Part shown: piece by piece, positions 19,687 to 30,114 of the stretch
Position numbering within the stretch: the first letter of the stretch is position 1
How the letters are laid out: the number at the start of each line of letters is the position of its first letter
Assembly: GCA_963845065.1 (NCBI GenBank)
Contig: CAWJQQ010000002.1
Coordinates: 32,001-96,000 of the forward strand
Direction: 5' to 3'
Source of the DNA: Nitrospirota bacterium
GTDB taxonomy: Bacteria; Nitrospirota; UBA9217
Length of the DNA stretch: 64,000 nucleotides
Made by a program: the position numbers and the translations under genes
The notes under the pieces: generated by a model
Seen by the model: only the letters and a program-made list of their open reading frames with translations
Database searches by the model: none
What the model was told of the DNA's origin: nothing

Positions 19687-20703
19687 ATGAAAGTATCTGT
19701 TCTCTATGGCCCGCGCGATATGCGTTTCGAGGAGCGCGATTTCCCGAAAATCATCAAGCCGACGGATGCCATCATAAAGATATCGGCCACCTGCGTGTGC
19801 GGGTCTGATTTGTGGCCCTACCGCGGTATCAATCCGATCACTCAGCCGACGCCGATGGGGCACGAGTACTGCGGCATTGTCGAAGAAGTCGGCAGCGCGG
19901 TCACCTCAGTCAGGCGCGGCCAGTTCGTGATCGGTTCGTTCTTCGCCTCAGACAACACCTGCCCCACCTGCCAGATCGGTTATCAGTCGTCCTGCCAGCA
20001 TCGCGAACTTATGGGCGGTGCACAGGCGCCCTTTCTGCGCATCCCGCACGCGGATGGCACCCTGGTGGCGACTCCGGCAGTTCCCTCGGATAGTCAGATC
20101 CCGAGTTTGCTGACGCTCTCCGATGTTATGGGCACCGGATGGTTTGCTGCGGACGCGGCCGACGTAAAGCCGGGCAAGACGGTCGTGGTCGTTGGTGACG
20201 GCGCGGTCGGGCTGCTTGGCGTGCTCTCTGCCAAACAGATGGGTGCCGGGCGGATAATCGCGATGAGTCGCCATGAGTCTCGGTCAAAGCTCGCGCGCGA
20301 GTTCGGCGCAACTGACATCGTAACCGAGCGCGGTGACGAAGGCGTCGCTCGCATCAAGGAGATGACCAAAGGAATCGGCGCTGACTCGGTGCTGGAATGC
20401 GTCGGCAACCAGGAGTCGATAATGCAGGCAATTCATTCGACCCGCCCGGGCGGATACGTGGGCTATGTCGGTGTTCCGCATGGGGTCGAGCTCAATGGCC
20501 AGAAACTGTTCTTCGCCCATGTCCATCTCCACGGCGGTCCAGCTCCGGTGCGCCGCTACCTGCCCGATCTGATCGGCCTTGTGTTGAAAGGTAAGATCAA
20601 CCCGGGCAAGGTATTCGACCTGACCCTGCCTCTCGACCAGGTAGCCGAGGGCTACCGTGCGATGGACGAACGCCGCGCAATAAAGACTCAGCTACGCCCC
20701 TAA
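19687..20703 (+). CDS. Zinc-dependent alcohol dehydrogenase (MDR family)
   Basis: CGSDLW, GHE and GDGAVG motifs. Confidence 0.9.
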   Translation: MKVSVLYGPRDMRFEERDFPKIIKPTDAIIKISATCVCGSDLWPYRGINPITQPTPMGHEYCGIVEEVGSAVTSVRRGQFVIGSFFASDNTCPTCQIGYQSSCQHRELMGGAQAPFLRIPHADGTLVATPAVPSDSQIPSLLTLSDVMGTGWFAADAADVKPGKTVVVVGDGAVGLLGVLSAKQMGAGRIIAMSRHESRSKLAREFGATDIVTERGDEGVARIKEMTKGIGADSVLECVGNQESIMQAIHSTRPGGYVGYVGVPHGVELNGQKLFFAHVHLHGGPAPVRRYLPDLIGLVLKGKINPGKVFDLTLPLDQVAEGYRAMDERRAIKTQLRP

Positions 20704-20743
20704 ATCTCTTTGTGCTTTTTGAAGGGCTGACCACTCCCCATGT

Positions 20744-22280
20744 CTAAAGCCAGGGGGTTCTAGCGGCTGTACCGACAGGCTCTCCGGCAACAATACGAAC
20801 GTTGTCGGCCTCGACTGTCGTTGATCCGCCTTTAACGGACGAGCAGCTCTGTCTCCGGTTCGTGGTGTTCTCTTGCTTGATACCGAAGCTGGTTGGATGA
20901 ATTCGACCCTTTGCCGCTTCATGCTGCACCCCCAACACCGCCCGTTCCAGGAGCAGGTTTGCACCCGGCCAGGCTTTGGCAGCCTGACGCGTGTCGAGGA
21001 CATCGTTAGAAACATACTTTGCAAGGAATGCGGAATAGAGATCACGCTGGGTGCTTACCCCGCAGTTGCAGGCATGCCATCTTTGGGACAATGATTTTTT
21101 GGGCTACTGTTCCGCAATGGCATGTCTGGGAAAGCTTTGTGCTCCGGGTAGAAAACTCGGTTACTTTACCGCCAGCGTTTTCGGCTTTGTGGTGAAGCAT
21201 CGACATAAACATCCCCGGAGCTCGTCGCGAAATACTTTTACCATAGAGTTTCTGAAATGCTTTGTACGACAGTTTCTCGGTTTTGATGTCGGTACCGAGA
21301 GTGAGGACTTTGTTCACGAGCTTGCCATGAGACCGTTTTCTGGTTTCAGCAAGGATTCTTTGAAGTTCGGCGAGCTTAGCTTTAAGAATACGGTATTGAA
21401 CAGAAAAGACCCACTGCTTTTTACCCGTTTTGATGGTTTTGTCTCCGTTGTAGTTGCCCGGGTTGGTAGCACGAAGGCTTCTGGCCATTTTGCGCTGGAC
21501 GGTCTTGATACGTTTAAACGGTATCTCGACTTCAGGGCAAAATTCGAGTAGTAACGCATCGGTATCACCAACGATGGCAACTGTCGACGGGCCAATGTCA
21601 AGGCCAACGGTTTCGGTGCCAATCTGGTTCTCACGCTTGATCTTGGCCGTGCCTTTAAGCACAAGTTGGGCAAACCAGCGGGGATTGCCGCGGATAGTTT
21701 TCTTGACCAGACGAACGTACTTGACATCATGGCTAAGTGCATGAGCCTGAACACCAAACTTGTCTTTCTTGTCGAAGACACAGTTGAGACGAAGGCCAGT
21801 CCACTCCACATGGTCATCGCACCACCGAATACCAGATTTGTTGTTTTTACCTTCAAGGGACGACATCCAGCCATGGCGCTTGAAACGTGGTTTGCCATGC
21901 TTCCCAAACTCGTAGTCAGCGACGGCGCTATATGCTCGAGATGCTATCTTCTGGGCGGTCAGGCTGTCAATATGGTCTCCGATCCAGCAGGAATTGCGGA
22001 GGATACCGACGTAGTTATGAAGGTGGTATTCAGTATATTCAGCCTGGGTTCTGGCTGTCTTAAACATCTTGGTGCGAAGCTTGCTTTTCTTCTTCGTGAT
22101 CGCCACGAGCCATTTTTCTGATCGCCGCATGGCAGTAAGACGCTTCATCGCTTCACCAAGGCAGGCATTGTACAGATAACGGCCAGCTTCGAGCCGGGCA
22201 TCGAGCATTCGATTGTCCTTTGGAGTCACTACGAGTTGAAACTCGTGGATAAAAGATGGGGTTTTAAGTTTATTCGGCAT
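20744..22280 (-). pseudogene. tnpB: TnpB with a +1 frameshift near 21101
   Basis: GTAGCCCAAAAAATC here versus GTAGCCAAAAAATC in the intact copy; splits the zinc finger from RuvC-III. Confidence 0.85.
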
Positions 22281-22291
22281 TGGTTGTTTAA

Positions 22292-23729
22292 CCTGAATCC
22301 GGCGTGAGCCGGAATCTACTATGTTGAATCGACCGCTTAAAAATAGTGTTATAATGCCGAAAAGTGTGTGGAACCAAACCTACCTTTTTGATAGGTTACA
22401 TTCCTATGCCATTCGGACCCAAAAATCTCAAAATTTCCTTCACCGGGAAGAACGTCACTCACTTCGGTGGCGTATATCTTCTGCATCTCTTTTTCAAGCG
22501 CATCAAGCTGAAGGCTCTTCTCAGCAAGAAAGTTTTCTTTGCTCAGCGCAACAACCATTACACCATATCAGAGGTGATTCTTGCACTGGTATATCCCATA
22601 GCTCTTGGATTCGGCAGGATCGAGACGACTCACCTTCTACGACACAATGGAGTCTTCCAGTATCTGACGGGATTGCCCTCCTATCCCGATCCACAAACCC
22701 TTCGGCGCTTCCTCTTAAGAATGGCGCCGCTGTCTCTGACACGGCTCAGGCGGCTTCACGACAAACTGCTCTCGTCGATGATGCTAAAACCCTCTCCGCC
22801 TACACGCATTATTTTCGATATGGACTCAACCGTCCTAGTCCTGTACGGCAAACAGGAGATGGCCAATATCGGATACAATCCGAAGAAACGCGGAAGGCCA
22901 TCATACCATCCTCTTGTCTGTTTCAACGGCATTACCAAGGACTACTGGCACGGAGAGCTTCGGCCAGGCGATGCGCATACCGCAGCAGGAGTCCTCGACT
23001 TTCTGGAGGCAACCTTTGCCAAAGTGCCTTCTTCGGTAAAAGTCATAATCATCAGGGCAGACAAGGGTTTTTTCGACCACAAAACTGTCGAGTATCTGGA
23101 ATCCAAGAGTGCCCTCTTCGCTATCGTCGCCAAGCTGACTCCACCGATCAAACGAAAGCTTGCTGTTTTGCCGTATCACCCTTATACATCCGGCATCGAG
23201 ACGTCCGAGTTTACATATCCCATCAAAGCGGGACACAAGGAGCATCGGTTCGTCGTAATCCGCCGTCCGATACCAGAAGACCCATCGGATCAGCTCTCTT
23301 TGTTTACTCTGGGCAAGTACAGTTATCAGGTCATCGTGACAAACTTGAGCCTGACTCCACTCAACACGTGGAAATTTTACAACGGTCGAGCCGGCGTGGA
23401 ACTCATTATAAAAGAACTCAAAGGAGATTATCCTTTAGCGAAGATACCAACCAGACACTTTGCCGCCAACGAAGCGTATTTTCACATTCTTTTGTTTTCA
23501 TACAACTTGATCAACTGGTTCAAGCGCCTTTGCTTGCCAAAAGATCTGCACAATATAACGCTCAATACGTTACGATCACGCCTTCTACTTATTCCAGGCG
23601 TATTGGTAAAATCTGAAAACCGACCGACACTCAAATTTCCGGCCAATCTCTGGTATCGTGAAGCTTTCGAGTATGCGGTAAAGACAATTGATCGGCTGAA
23701 ATTCTGACCATTTTCACGCCGGATTCAGG
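22292..23729 (+). mobile_element. IS1380-family insertion sequence
   Basis: Perfect 16-bp TIR CCTGAATCCGGCGTGA; 5-bp TSD TTTAA, present once in the empty 37-kb copy. Confidence 0.9.
22406..23707 (+). CDS. IS1380-family DDE transposase
   Basis: THFGG, FDMDST, YGKQE, YHPL, LRPG, RADKGF, YNGRAGVELIIKELK motifs; start codon uncertain (22364 or 22406). Confidence 0.9.
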   Translation: MPFGPKNLKISFTGKNVTHFGGVYLLHLFFKRIKLKALLSKKVFFAQRNNHYTISEVILALVYPIALGFGRIETTHLLRHNGVFQYLTGLPSYPDPQTLRRFLLRMAPLSLTRLRRLHDKLLSSMMLKPSPPTRIIFDMDSTVLVLYGKQEMANIGYNPKKRGRPSYHPLVCFNGITKDYWHGELRPGDAHTAAGVLDFLEATFAKVPSSVKVIIIRADKGFFDHKTVEYLESKSALFAIVAKLTPPIKRKLAVLPYHPYTSGIETSEFTYPIKAGHKEHRFVVIRRPIPEDPSDQLSLFTLGKYSYQVIVTNLSLTPLNTWKFYNGRAGVELIIKELKGDYPLAKIPTRHFAANEAYFHILLFSYNLINWFKRLCLPKDLHNITLNTLRSRLLLIPGVLVKSENRPTLKFPANLWYREAFEYAVKTIDRLKF

Positions 23730-23866
23730 TTTAAATATACCACATAGATGTACATTTGTCTACTAATTGCTGAAAAACAAAGTTCCCGCATTCATCCCCA
23801 TGGTTAAAACCAGGGGCTTTCTGCGGATAGTTTGGTAATGACTGATCACAACGATACCAGCAAGGA

Positions 23867-24165
23867 GTGAAAAACGACATCAAAAAAGCACAACATATTT
23901 GGAGGATGTCATCGATGCCTTAAAGGTTCCCAGCGAGGCTGCCGCTTATCTCAATACAGCAATGGAGGAAGGAGACCGGACGCTGTTCCTGCTTGCCCTG
24001 CGGAATGTTGCTTAGGCGCACTGAGGTATGGCCCCGGTTGCCGAAAAGGCAAAGTTAAAAGTGAGAGCCTCTACCGAATGCTGTCCAAGAAGGGAAACCC
24101 AAAGATCTAAAGCATTTTTACTCTATTGCATTCGATGAGACCGAAACTATCTATTGAGCCCAAGA
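23867..24165 (+). pseudogene. Addiction-module HTH antitoxin pseudogene
   Basis: AAAYLNTAMEEGD..LLALRNVA*AH*GM..VAEKA..[fs]ESLYRMLSKKGNP with stops and a frameshift; boundaries approximate. Confidence 0.65.
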
Positions 24166-24219
24166 CTAGACCGGCAAAGTCCTCAATCTCCTGACATTGT
24201 ATCAAAGTCCGAGAGCTGA

Positions 24220-24600
24220 CTAATGCCGCAGAGGTTTGCTTTCCCGCGATATTTGCGCTGTCGTTGTCGCTGTCGTTTTGCTGACAACCTGGGTAGCCGA
24301 TTTATTTAATTCAGGCAAAAGCAAGAACTCCACCGTCTTTTGCGGTGCGCCATCCAGAGAAATTACTTCTTTTCTTTCCCGATACCCGGGCAGTTTCACG
24401 GCGAGTATCTTTTTTTCAGTTACCATCTGCGCATTTTCAGAAAACTTCACCTTTATTGTTGCGGGCGTTTGCCCGATGCGTTTCCCATCGACATAAATAT
24501 TGGCGCCCGCAGGATCTGTTTTTACGGTGATGGTCGAAGTGGTCGCGCAACCGACCAATAACATAAAACAGAAGAGCATACCACCGAAAATTTTTATCAT
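24220..24600 (-). CDS. PEGA-domain lipoprotein
   Basis: Lipobox LVGC; VKTDPAGANIYVDGKRIGQTP. Confidence 0.8.
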   Translation of the reverse strand: MIKIFGGMLFCFMLLVGCATTSTITVKTDPAGANIYVDGKRIGQTPATIKVKFSENAQMVTEKKILAVKLPGYRERKEVISLDGAPQKTVEFLLLPELNKSATQVVSKTTATTTAQISRESKPLRH

Positions 24601-24941
24601 TTTGTCCTTCCTTTTTCATTGCCTTGAACGTTATCTGGTATCAAGAAAAACGCAATATTCGGCATATCGATCGGATAGAGGTCGCGGGTTTGGGGCACAT
24701 AACCATCCTTTTTGACCTGGATAACCCTTCGAAGCAAGGAATCGTAGAGTGAGTCCTTGTTCCACGTAAAGAACGTCTGGATCTTTAATGGCGTCTCCCC
24801 AATTTTGTCACCGTCCATATAAACTACCGCCCCCACCGGCTCGGATGTTATAAGCAGGTCCCTTGTGAATTTCGTTGTTGAACTGCAACCGATTAGAACT
24901 CCTGTTACCATGACTGCAAGTAGCATAAATTTAATTCCCAT
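24597..24941 (-). CDS. PEGA-domain lipoprotein
   Basis: Lipobox LIGC; ITSEPVGAVVYMDGDKIGETP..KKDGY. Confidence 0.8.
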   Translation of the reverse strand: MGIKFMLLAVMVTGVLIGCSSTTKFTRDLLITSEPVGAVVYMDGDKIGETPLKIQTFFTWNKDSLYDSLLRRVIQVKKDGYVPQTRDLYPIDMPNIAFFLIPDNVQGNEKGRTK

Positions 24942-25657
24942 TTCCCCTCCCTATCTTAATTGAGATACTATTACCTTCCGATGACGATTCCGGATGTGTA
25001 GACACAGCATGGATTCTACACTAGGATACTGCTATTATTTAGAATAAAACTTATGGCTAAACATCGTATTTTCTCTTTGGGCCAAATGACTGTCCTAATA
25101 TTTATTACGACTAAAATATGCAAAGTTAATACCATCTCATTTCTTCTTTTTAAACAATGAGTTATATTTTTTGATTTTGTTTCTCGCCGTTTTCCTTTTA
25201 CCCAGTTAGGTAAACGATTTCCTAAGCCTGTTCATCATATTATTAAGGGTAATGTAGTGTTGATTTCCCTTGATTTAAAGCTGAGTGCACATAGTGAAAA
25301 AATTGTAATATAGTGTTGAAATTTCATAATACGACAATATATGCTCAAAAAATGACTGCAATGAATGTTGACAACGTCATATTTTTCATTTACCCTATTG
25401 TGAATTACCTGACAGAGAGGGGTTCCGCACAAGACCAAAATCACTTGTGAAGAGTCCTAATGCTGACTGGAAGATGTCAGGGAGTCGGATACAACCGGAA
25501 CCTACAAATGACCTAAGAATTTTTGCGTGCTAAGAGCTGATATATCTGTTCAAAACTTGATGATTGAAGCTTTAAAGAACTTTTTCATTAAGCATAGGGA
25601 GAAAGGACCGAAAGGGTAGCGGAAGGGCATTGTTCAAAAGGTACTGAGGTCTTATAT

Positions 25658-26077
25658 ATGAATAATCAACCTTCATCATCAAATCAACGGGGTTTACATG
25701 CTCTCGAACTAAGACAACAAGGCAATACTTTGGATGAGATTGGCAATTACCTGCATGTATCGAGAGAACGAGTTCGACAGATTCTCTTAAAGACAGAAGC
25801 TGAGATTGAAGGATTTAAAAAGTTTGAGAAACTAAAAGTGCGGTGTTCTACTCTAGCGCTACAGCGTGAAATACCTGCTGAAATTCTCGAAATGTCCATT
25901 GACCATCTAAACCTTTCCGTTAGAACGAGTAATTGTCTGAAAACAACTAATATCAAAACCATCGGCAATTTGATTTGCCAACAAAGTACCGATTTATTGA
26001 AAATCCCGCATATGGGCAAAAAATCCGTCAATGAGATTATACAAGCGATTGAAGAAGTGGGGCTTGCTCTTTGCTGA
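25658..26077 (+). CDS. Small protein: sigma70 region-4 HTH fused to an RNA polymerase alpha C-terminal domain
   Basis: TLDEIG..VSRERVRQI, then SIDHLNLSVRTSNCLK..IKTIGNL..DLLKIPHMGKKSVNEI. Confidence 0.8.
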   Translation: MNNQPSSSNQRGLHALELRQQGNTLDEIGNYLHVSRERVRQILLKTEAEIEGFKKFEKLKVRCSTLALQREIPAEILEMSIDHLNLSVRTSNCLKTTNIKTIGNLICQQSTDLLKIPHMGKKSVNEIIQAIEEVGLALC

Positions 26078-26158
26078 TATGCCAAATACTGCTGCCAAAT
26101 CTTCTATAGCTCTTTTGGATTTCCTTGTCGTTTCCTAGAACCAGTTGGAAATTAAAAG

Positions 26159-26186
26159 TCAAGGGCTGGGTGGCCCCAGCCCTTGA
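26159..26186. terminator. Hairpin between convergent genes
   Basis: TCAAGGGCTGGG..CCCAGCCCTTGA. Confidence 0.55.
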
Positions 26187-26258
26187 TACCTCTCATCCGT
26201 TATCTTGCAAACGGGACTCAGTTTCAAAAACTGCGTTTCATCTGCTACTGTGCTACTG

Positions 26259-26519
26259 CTAATATCCTCTTCTACCAAACTCTATAGCGGCCTGAGTCTG
26301 CTCTATGGCACGATCCACGAGTTCAATGGCTCTTTCACGGTGTCCGCCCTTGTTGGCCTCAGCCCTCTCCAACTCGCTTCTTGCTGCTTTTAAATTATCA
26401 AGGGCTGCTACTAGGTGCGGCTGATGTGCATACGGCCGGCCGGGTGTCGCGCAACTCACTAGAAATGCAATAAACGCGATGGCGATAAGAAGAATCCCGA
26501 CTCTCTTCCACATTTGCAT
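26259..26519 (-). CDS. Small lipoprotein (QPH..NKGGHR family)
   Basis: Lipobox LVSC; paralog of 26602-26856. Confidence 0.7.
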   Translation of the reverse strand: MQMWKRVGILLIAIAFIAFLVSCATPGRPYAHQPHLVAALDNLKAARSELERAEANKGGHRERAIELVDRAIEQTQAAIEFGRRGY

Positions 26520-26601
26520 ACCATCCTTTCTAAATATTTTGGAAAGGCGAAGCCCTTATACAGAACGTCTATCGCTATCTTGGACTTTTGCTTTTCCAAA
26601 A

Positions 26602-26856
26602 TTATCGATATCCTCGTCCGCCATGTTCTCCAGCCTCAATGCCTCTTTTAGTCTGTTCTATAGCCCGATCTACGAAATCAATGGCTTTCTCACGGTGTCC
26701 GCCCTTGTTAGGCGCAGCCAACTCCAACTCATGCCTTGCTGCTTGCAAATGGTCAAGAGCAGCTCTCATGTGCGGGTGTCCCATCTGAGCCCAACCGGCA
26801 ACTGCACCACCAAGAAGCAATACAACAACAAGAACTACAATAGCTCTTTTTAACAT
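26602..26856 (-). CDS. Small exported protein (HPHM..NKGGHR family)
   Basis: Signal peptide; RBS GGAGG. Confidence 0.7.
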   Translation of the reverse strand: MLKRAIVVLVVVLLLGGAVAGWAQMGHPHMRAALDHLQAARHELELAAPNKGGHREKAIDFVDRAIEQTKRGIEAGEHGGRGYR

Positions 26857-26870
26857 AACCTATATCCTCC

Positions 26871-27365
26871 TTAATTATGAATTATACTACAGCCCGCGTT
26901 GCTCCCAGCATCTTCTTTCTGGGAATTGATTTTATCAGACGCCCGGTTTATAACCAGCCAGCAAAGCTTAAGCTTTTTTACGGCCTCGACTAATCCTTCA
27001 AACTCTACCGGCTTTTGTATGTAACCGTTCGCACCCAGTTGGTAGCTCTCAACCCGTTCAATGTCCTCTCTTGACGAGGTAAGAACAACGACCGGAAGGT
27101 TTGTCGTTCTGGGGTTTGCGCGTATGCGGTGTAACACCTGTAACCCGTCCATTTTAGGCATTTTAAGATCGAGAAGAATAACCTCTGGCTGCTGCTTGAT
27201 ATCCCGCCCCGAGTAGTCACCTTTGCCGAAAAGATAATCGAGCGCCTCTACCCCATCCTGCACTACCATTACCTCGTTTAGGATATTGTTCTTCTTGATG
27301 GCGAACAGGGTCAGGGTTACATCGTCATCACTGTCATCCGCTAAAAGAATGACCTTGCCTTTCAT
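26871..27365 (-). CDS. Single-domain response regulator (Rcp1-like)
   Basis: ILLADD..DGVEALDYL..ILLDLKMPKMDG..VLTSS..GANGYIQKP. Confidence 0.85.
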   Translation of the reverse strand: MKGKVILLADDSDDDVTLTLFAIKKNNILNEVMVVQDGVEALDYLFGKGDYSGRDIKQQPEVILLDLKMPKMDGLQVLHRIRANPRTTNLPVVVLTSSREDIERVESYQLGANGYIQKPVEFEGLVEAVKKLKLCWLVINRASDKINSQKEDAGSNAGCSIIHN

Positions 27366-27740
27366 GGTTCCCCCCAGAACCAGTTCATATTCTTCATACC
27401 ATCCCGATGTGACTAAAGCCCAGGATCATACAATCTTTAGCGACGAATAACTTTAAGAAATCGGGAACCCAATCCATCATGAAACCATACTATTTAAATC
27501 TTGTATTAAATATAGCACATTCATACCTGCATTTTTAAGAATTGTGCTGGCTTATTCTGGTAAGACCTTTACCCGTCTTTGCAAAGGCATTTTTTTTGTC
27601 CGCAATGCAGGAATTGTATAGTATGCGGCAGACATCAAGAGTTTTCGTGAGTTTCAGTGCTTGCTGTTTCATAAGCTAGAGGCGACACTTCTATGTTTTG
27701 ATTTTCTGCAATGCAATGCTGTAAAAGATAGCGCAGATTG

Positions 27741-27824
27741 CGGAGAAAATGGACAGTTGTTCCGGAGATAAGTGGACAGCAATTCCGGAAATAAATGGAC
27801 CGCCGTTCCGGAGAAATTTTCACA
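27741..27824. repeat. ~21-22-bp tandem repeats ending in CACA; probable orphan IS21-family end
   Basis: Repeated CGGA(G/A)A..TGGAC..TTC units ending in CACA; multiple terminal repeats with TG..CA ends are typical of IS21. Confidence 0.55.
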
Positions 27825-27945
27825 GTATGGGAAATGAGGTTTGGGCCAAATTCATAAATAGTTCCTTAAAAGCCTGACTCTTTATCTTGTTTATAATCCA
27901 AGTTGCACCCAGTGTTGGGTTGAATGACCGGTTGAGAAGTTTAAG

Positions 27946-28476
27946 TTAATTGCTTGCACGACCCACAGTTCCCTTGGGATATAAAGCTCGTACATAAAGT
28001 CGTGAAGCAACACGACGCAATCCGATTTCATCTAATTTAATTAATATTGATGATCTCACGTTTGCTTTAAATTTCCGTGAGGGCTTTGACTTATCATAAT
28101 CAACTGCTCTTTTCATAGAATACTTCAGCACGGCTAGATTGTGCTGTCCTTCAACAATATCTGCTGCTTCAGTGATTTTATTTTTCAATTCACCCAAACA
28201 AGCTTCACAGATTATCATCCAGCCACGCATTTCTGATTTTGCATTCGTATTTGGAGAATATGCCGGGGAGAATAACCACTCCGCTTCCCAAAAGCCAAGT
28301 TGATCAGATATGAAACTGGTAATTTTGCGCCAACCATCGACCATAATATCTTCTTTTGCCGACTCTCTAAATACACGCTCAAAATCCTGATAGTGCACAC
28401 CATGCCCTTCCTTAGAGAGGCATGTCAAACGGTCAAACAATTCGCTCTTTAATTCAGGCAATTTTAGATCGTCCAT
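27946..28476 (-). CDS. Hypothetical protein
   Basis: 176-aa ORF with RBS AAGGAGG; no motif recognised. Confidence 0.6.
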   Translation of the reverse strand: MDDLKLPELKSELFDRLTCLSKEGHGVHYQDFERVFRESAKEDIMVDGWRKITSFISDQLGFWEAEWLFSPAYSPNTNAKSEMRGWMIICEACLGELKNKITEAADIVEGQHNLAVLKYSMKRAVDYDKSKPSRKFKANVRSSILIKLDEIGLRRVASRLYVRALYPKGTVGRASN

Positions 28477-29065
28477 AGTTGCCTCCTTAAGAGTTTGATA
28501 ATCTGGTTGGCTCTGTGATGTTATGGATCAGATTGCCGTTTTTTTTACCCACTTCATTCTCTGCCCTTTTATCAATTTTAGCACCAATTGTGCTGCATAA
28601 AGTTGCTGAAAAATGACGTCTTTAATTATCAGACAATTGCTCTTCAACTTCTTTTTGCTGCTTTAAAATGCAACCATCTAATGAAAATATAGCTCGAATT
28701 AAGGCGATGTCAACAACGAGGAATGAGTAAAGCTCAGGGTCTAACTTTGCTTGTTGTGAAGAATGAAAAATGATCAATTTTCAGGAAGGACCGACATTCT
28801 AAAAAAAGTCTCTATCCATGTTATAATAAAGAAAAGTATTTGTATCTTGTTCCTTGCTACAGGACCCGGACAGACCGAGCGATGGTAGGAGGTCCTGACA
28901 TAACAGAAAGGATGGATTTCATGAGCGCCTCTTCTGGGCTGGCAAAACCCTTTCAGTTTCTTCAAGTGGACGACGACCCAGATGCCGCCTTCCTGATACA
29001 AACGGCGCAACAAAGGAACAGCTTGCAACTACTTCATGTATAATTGGATTGGAAGGAGAGAGAGT

Positions 29066-29569
29066 ATGGCACACAAAACAACTCATATGCTCAAAAACAA
29101 AGTGAATGATCAAAATTACACCACTACCTTTTCGGTAAACCAAACTCCGGAGGAAGTCTTCGATGCCATCAATAATGTTCGAGGATGGTGGTCAGAAGAA
29201 ATTGAAGGTAGTACCGATAAACTCGGTGCTGCGTTTAAGTTCCACTACAAAGACCTTCACCGCAGCACCCAGAAGATCACTGAATTGGTACTAGGTAAGA
29301 AAGTCGTATGGCATGTCCTGGACAGCCGCCTTAACTTTGTCAAAGACAAGACCGAGTGGAACGGCACTGATATTGTCTTTGAGATCACCAAGAAGGACGA
29401 CAGGACCGAAATCCGCTTTACGCACGTCGGCTTGGTTCCTGCCTTGGAATGCTACGGTGACTGTTCAGACGCATGGGGCTCATATCTCAAGGACAGCTTG
29501 CGGAGCTTGATTACTACGGGTAAAGGGCAGCCAGAAAGAAAAAGGGGATGGGCTAAAAAGGCTGCTTAA
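29066..29569 (+). CDS. SRPBCC/AHA1-like domain protein
   Basis: PEEVFDAINNVRGWW..KVVWHV..EWNGT..FTHVGLVP..ECY..W. Confidence 0.85.
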   Translation: MAHKTTHMLKNKVNDQNYTTTFSVNQTPEEVFDAINNVRGWWSEEIEGSTDKLGAAFKFHYKDLHRSTQKITELVLGKKVVWHVLDSRLNFVKDKTEWNGTDIVFEITKKDDRTEIRFTHVGLVPALECYGDCSDAWGSYLKDSLRSLITTGKGQPERKRGWAKKAA

Positions 29570-30114
29570 GGGCTCGGACAAGTGAGCCGTCAGACAGCAA
29601 GTGATGGGCAGCCCAGGTTAAACATGAAACTCCCCATGAAGATTGGCGTGGGGTTCGGCTTCGTCATCGCCATAACCGTGGCCCTTAGGGTGCTCGCAAA
29701 CAGCAACATGCTAAAAGGCTGCTCCCGACGTGATATGATACCTGGATTCGTTGAGCTGCAGCTAACTCTCCATCTTGGAGTTTGTCACTGGGCCGTCTAG
29801 CCGAAGACGGCCCTCCAAGAAATGCCTAACGAGATGACCAGCAGTTAACTCACTAAGAGAGAAATTTCAATGGGATGATGAAAGGATTGCCGACGCAATT
29901 AGACATATTTCACCGACAGCGCCTGTGAGTAGACCCTTAAACGTATAGCAATATTAAAAGACAATCCTGATAATAGGATTCTCGAGTGTGAAGTCGATGC
30001 AGACGCTAATATAATCGTTATACAAAGTATTGATATAGTGATGACAAAGAAGTACCAGGCAAGAGAAGATAAATCCCAATCAAGACCGGCTTTATATGCT
30101 GAGGGGAGGATGTT

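Larger units (their letters stand above)
20727..23834 (-). mobile_element. IS200/IS605 tnpB-only element (copy of 37043-38706), interrupted by IS1380
   Basis: Near-identical to the 37-kb copy; left end follows TTAC (23838-23835), right end TCAG at 20727. Confidence 0.9.

Noticed and set aside
27741..27824. Short regular repeats as a mini-CRISPR or iterons
   Set aside because: Units abut with no unique spacers, no cas or rep gene is nearby, and the CACA terminus fits an IS21-type end.
27901..27945. attC downstream of the 27946-28476 gene
   Set aside because: Only a left-half-like CAACCGGTCATTCAACC on the minus strand; no matching right half or complementary core site upstream of the gene.
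29582..29800. 72-aa ORF as a real gene
   Set aside because: Resembles only the first TM segment of an MCP (MKLPMKIGVGFG..) and then degenerates; likely a remnant.
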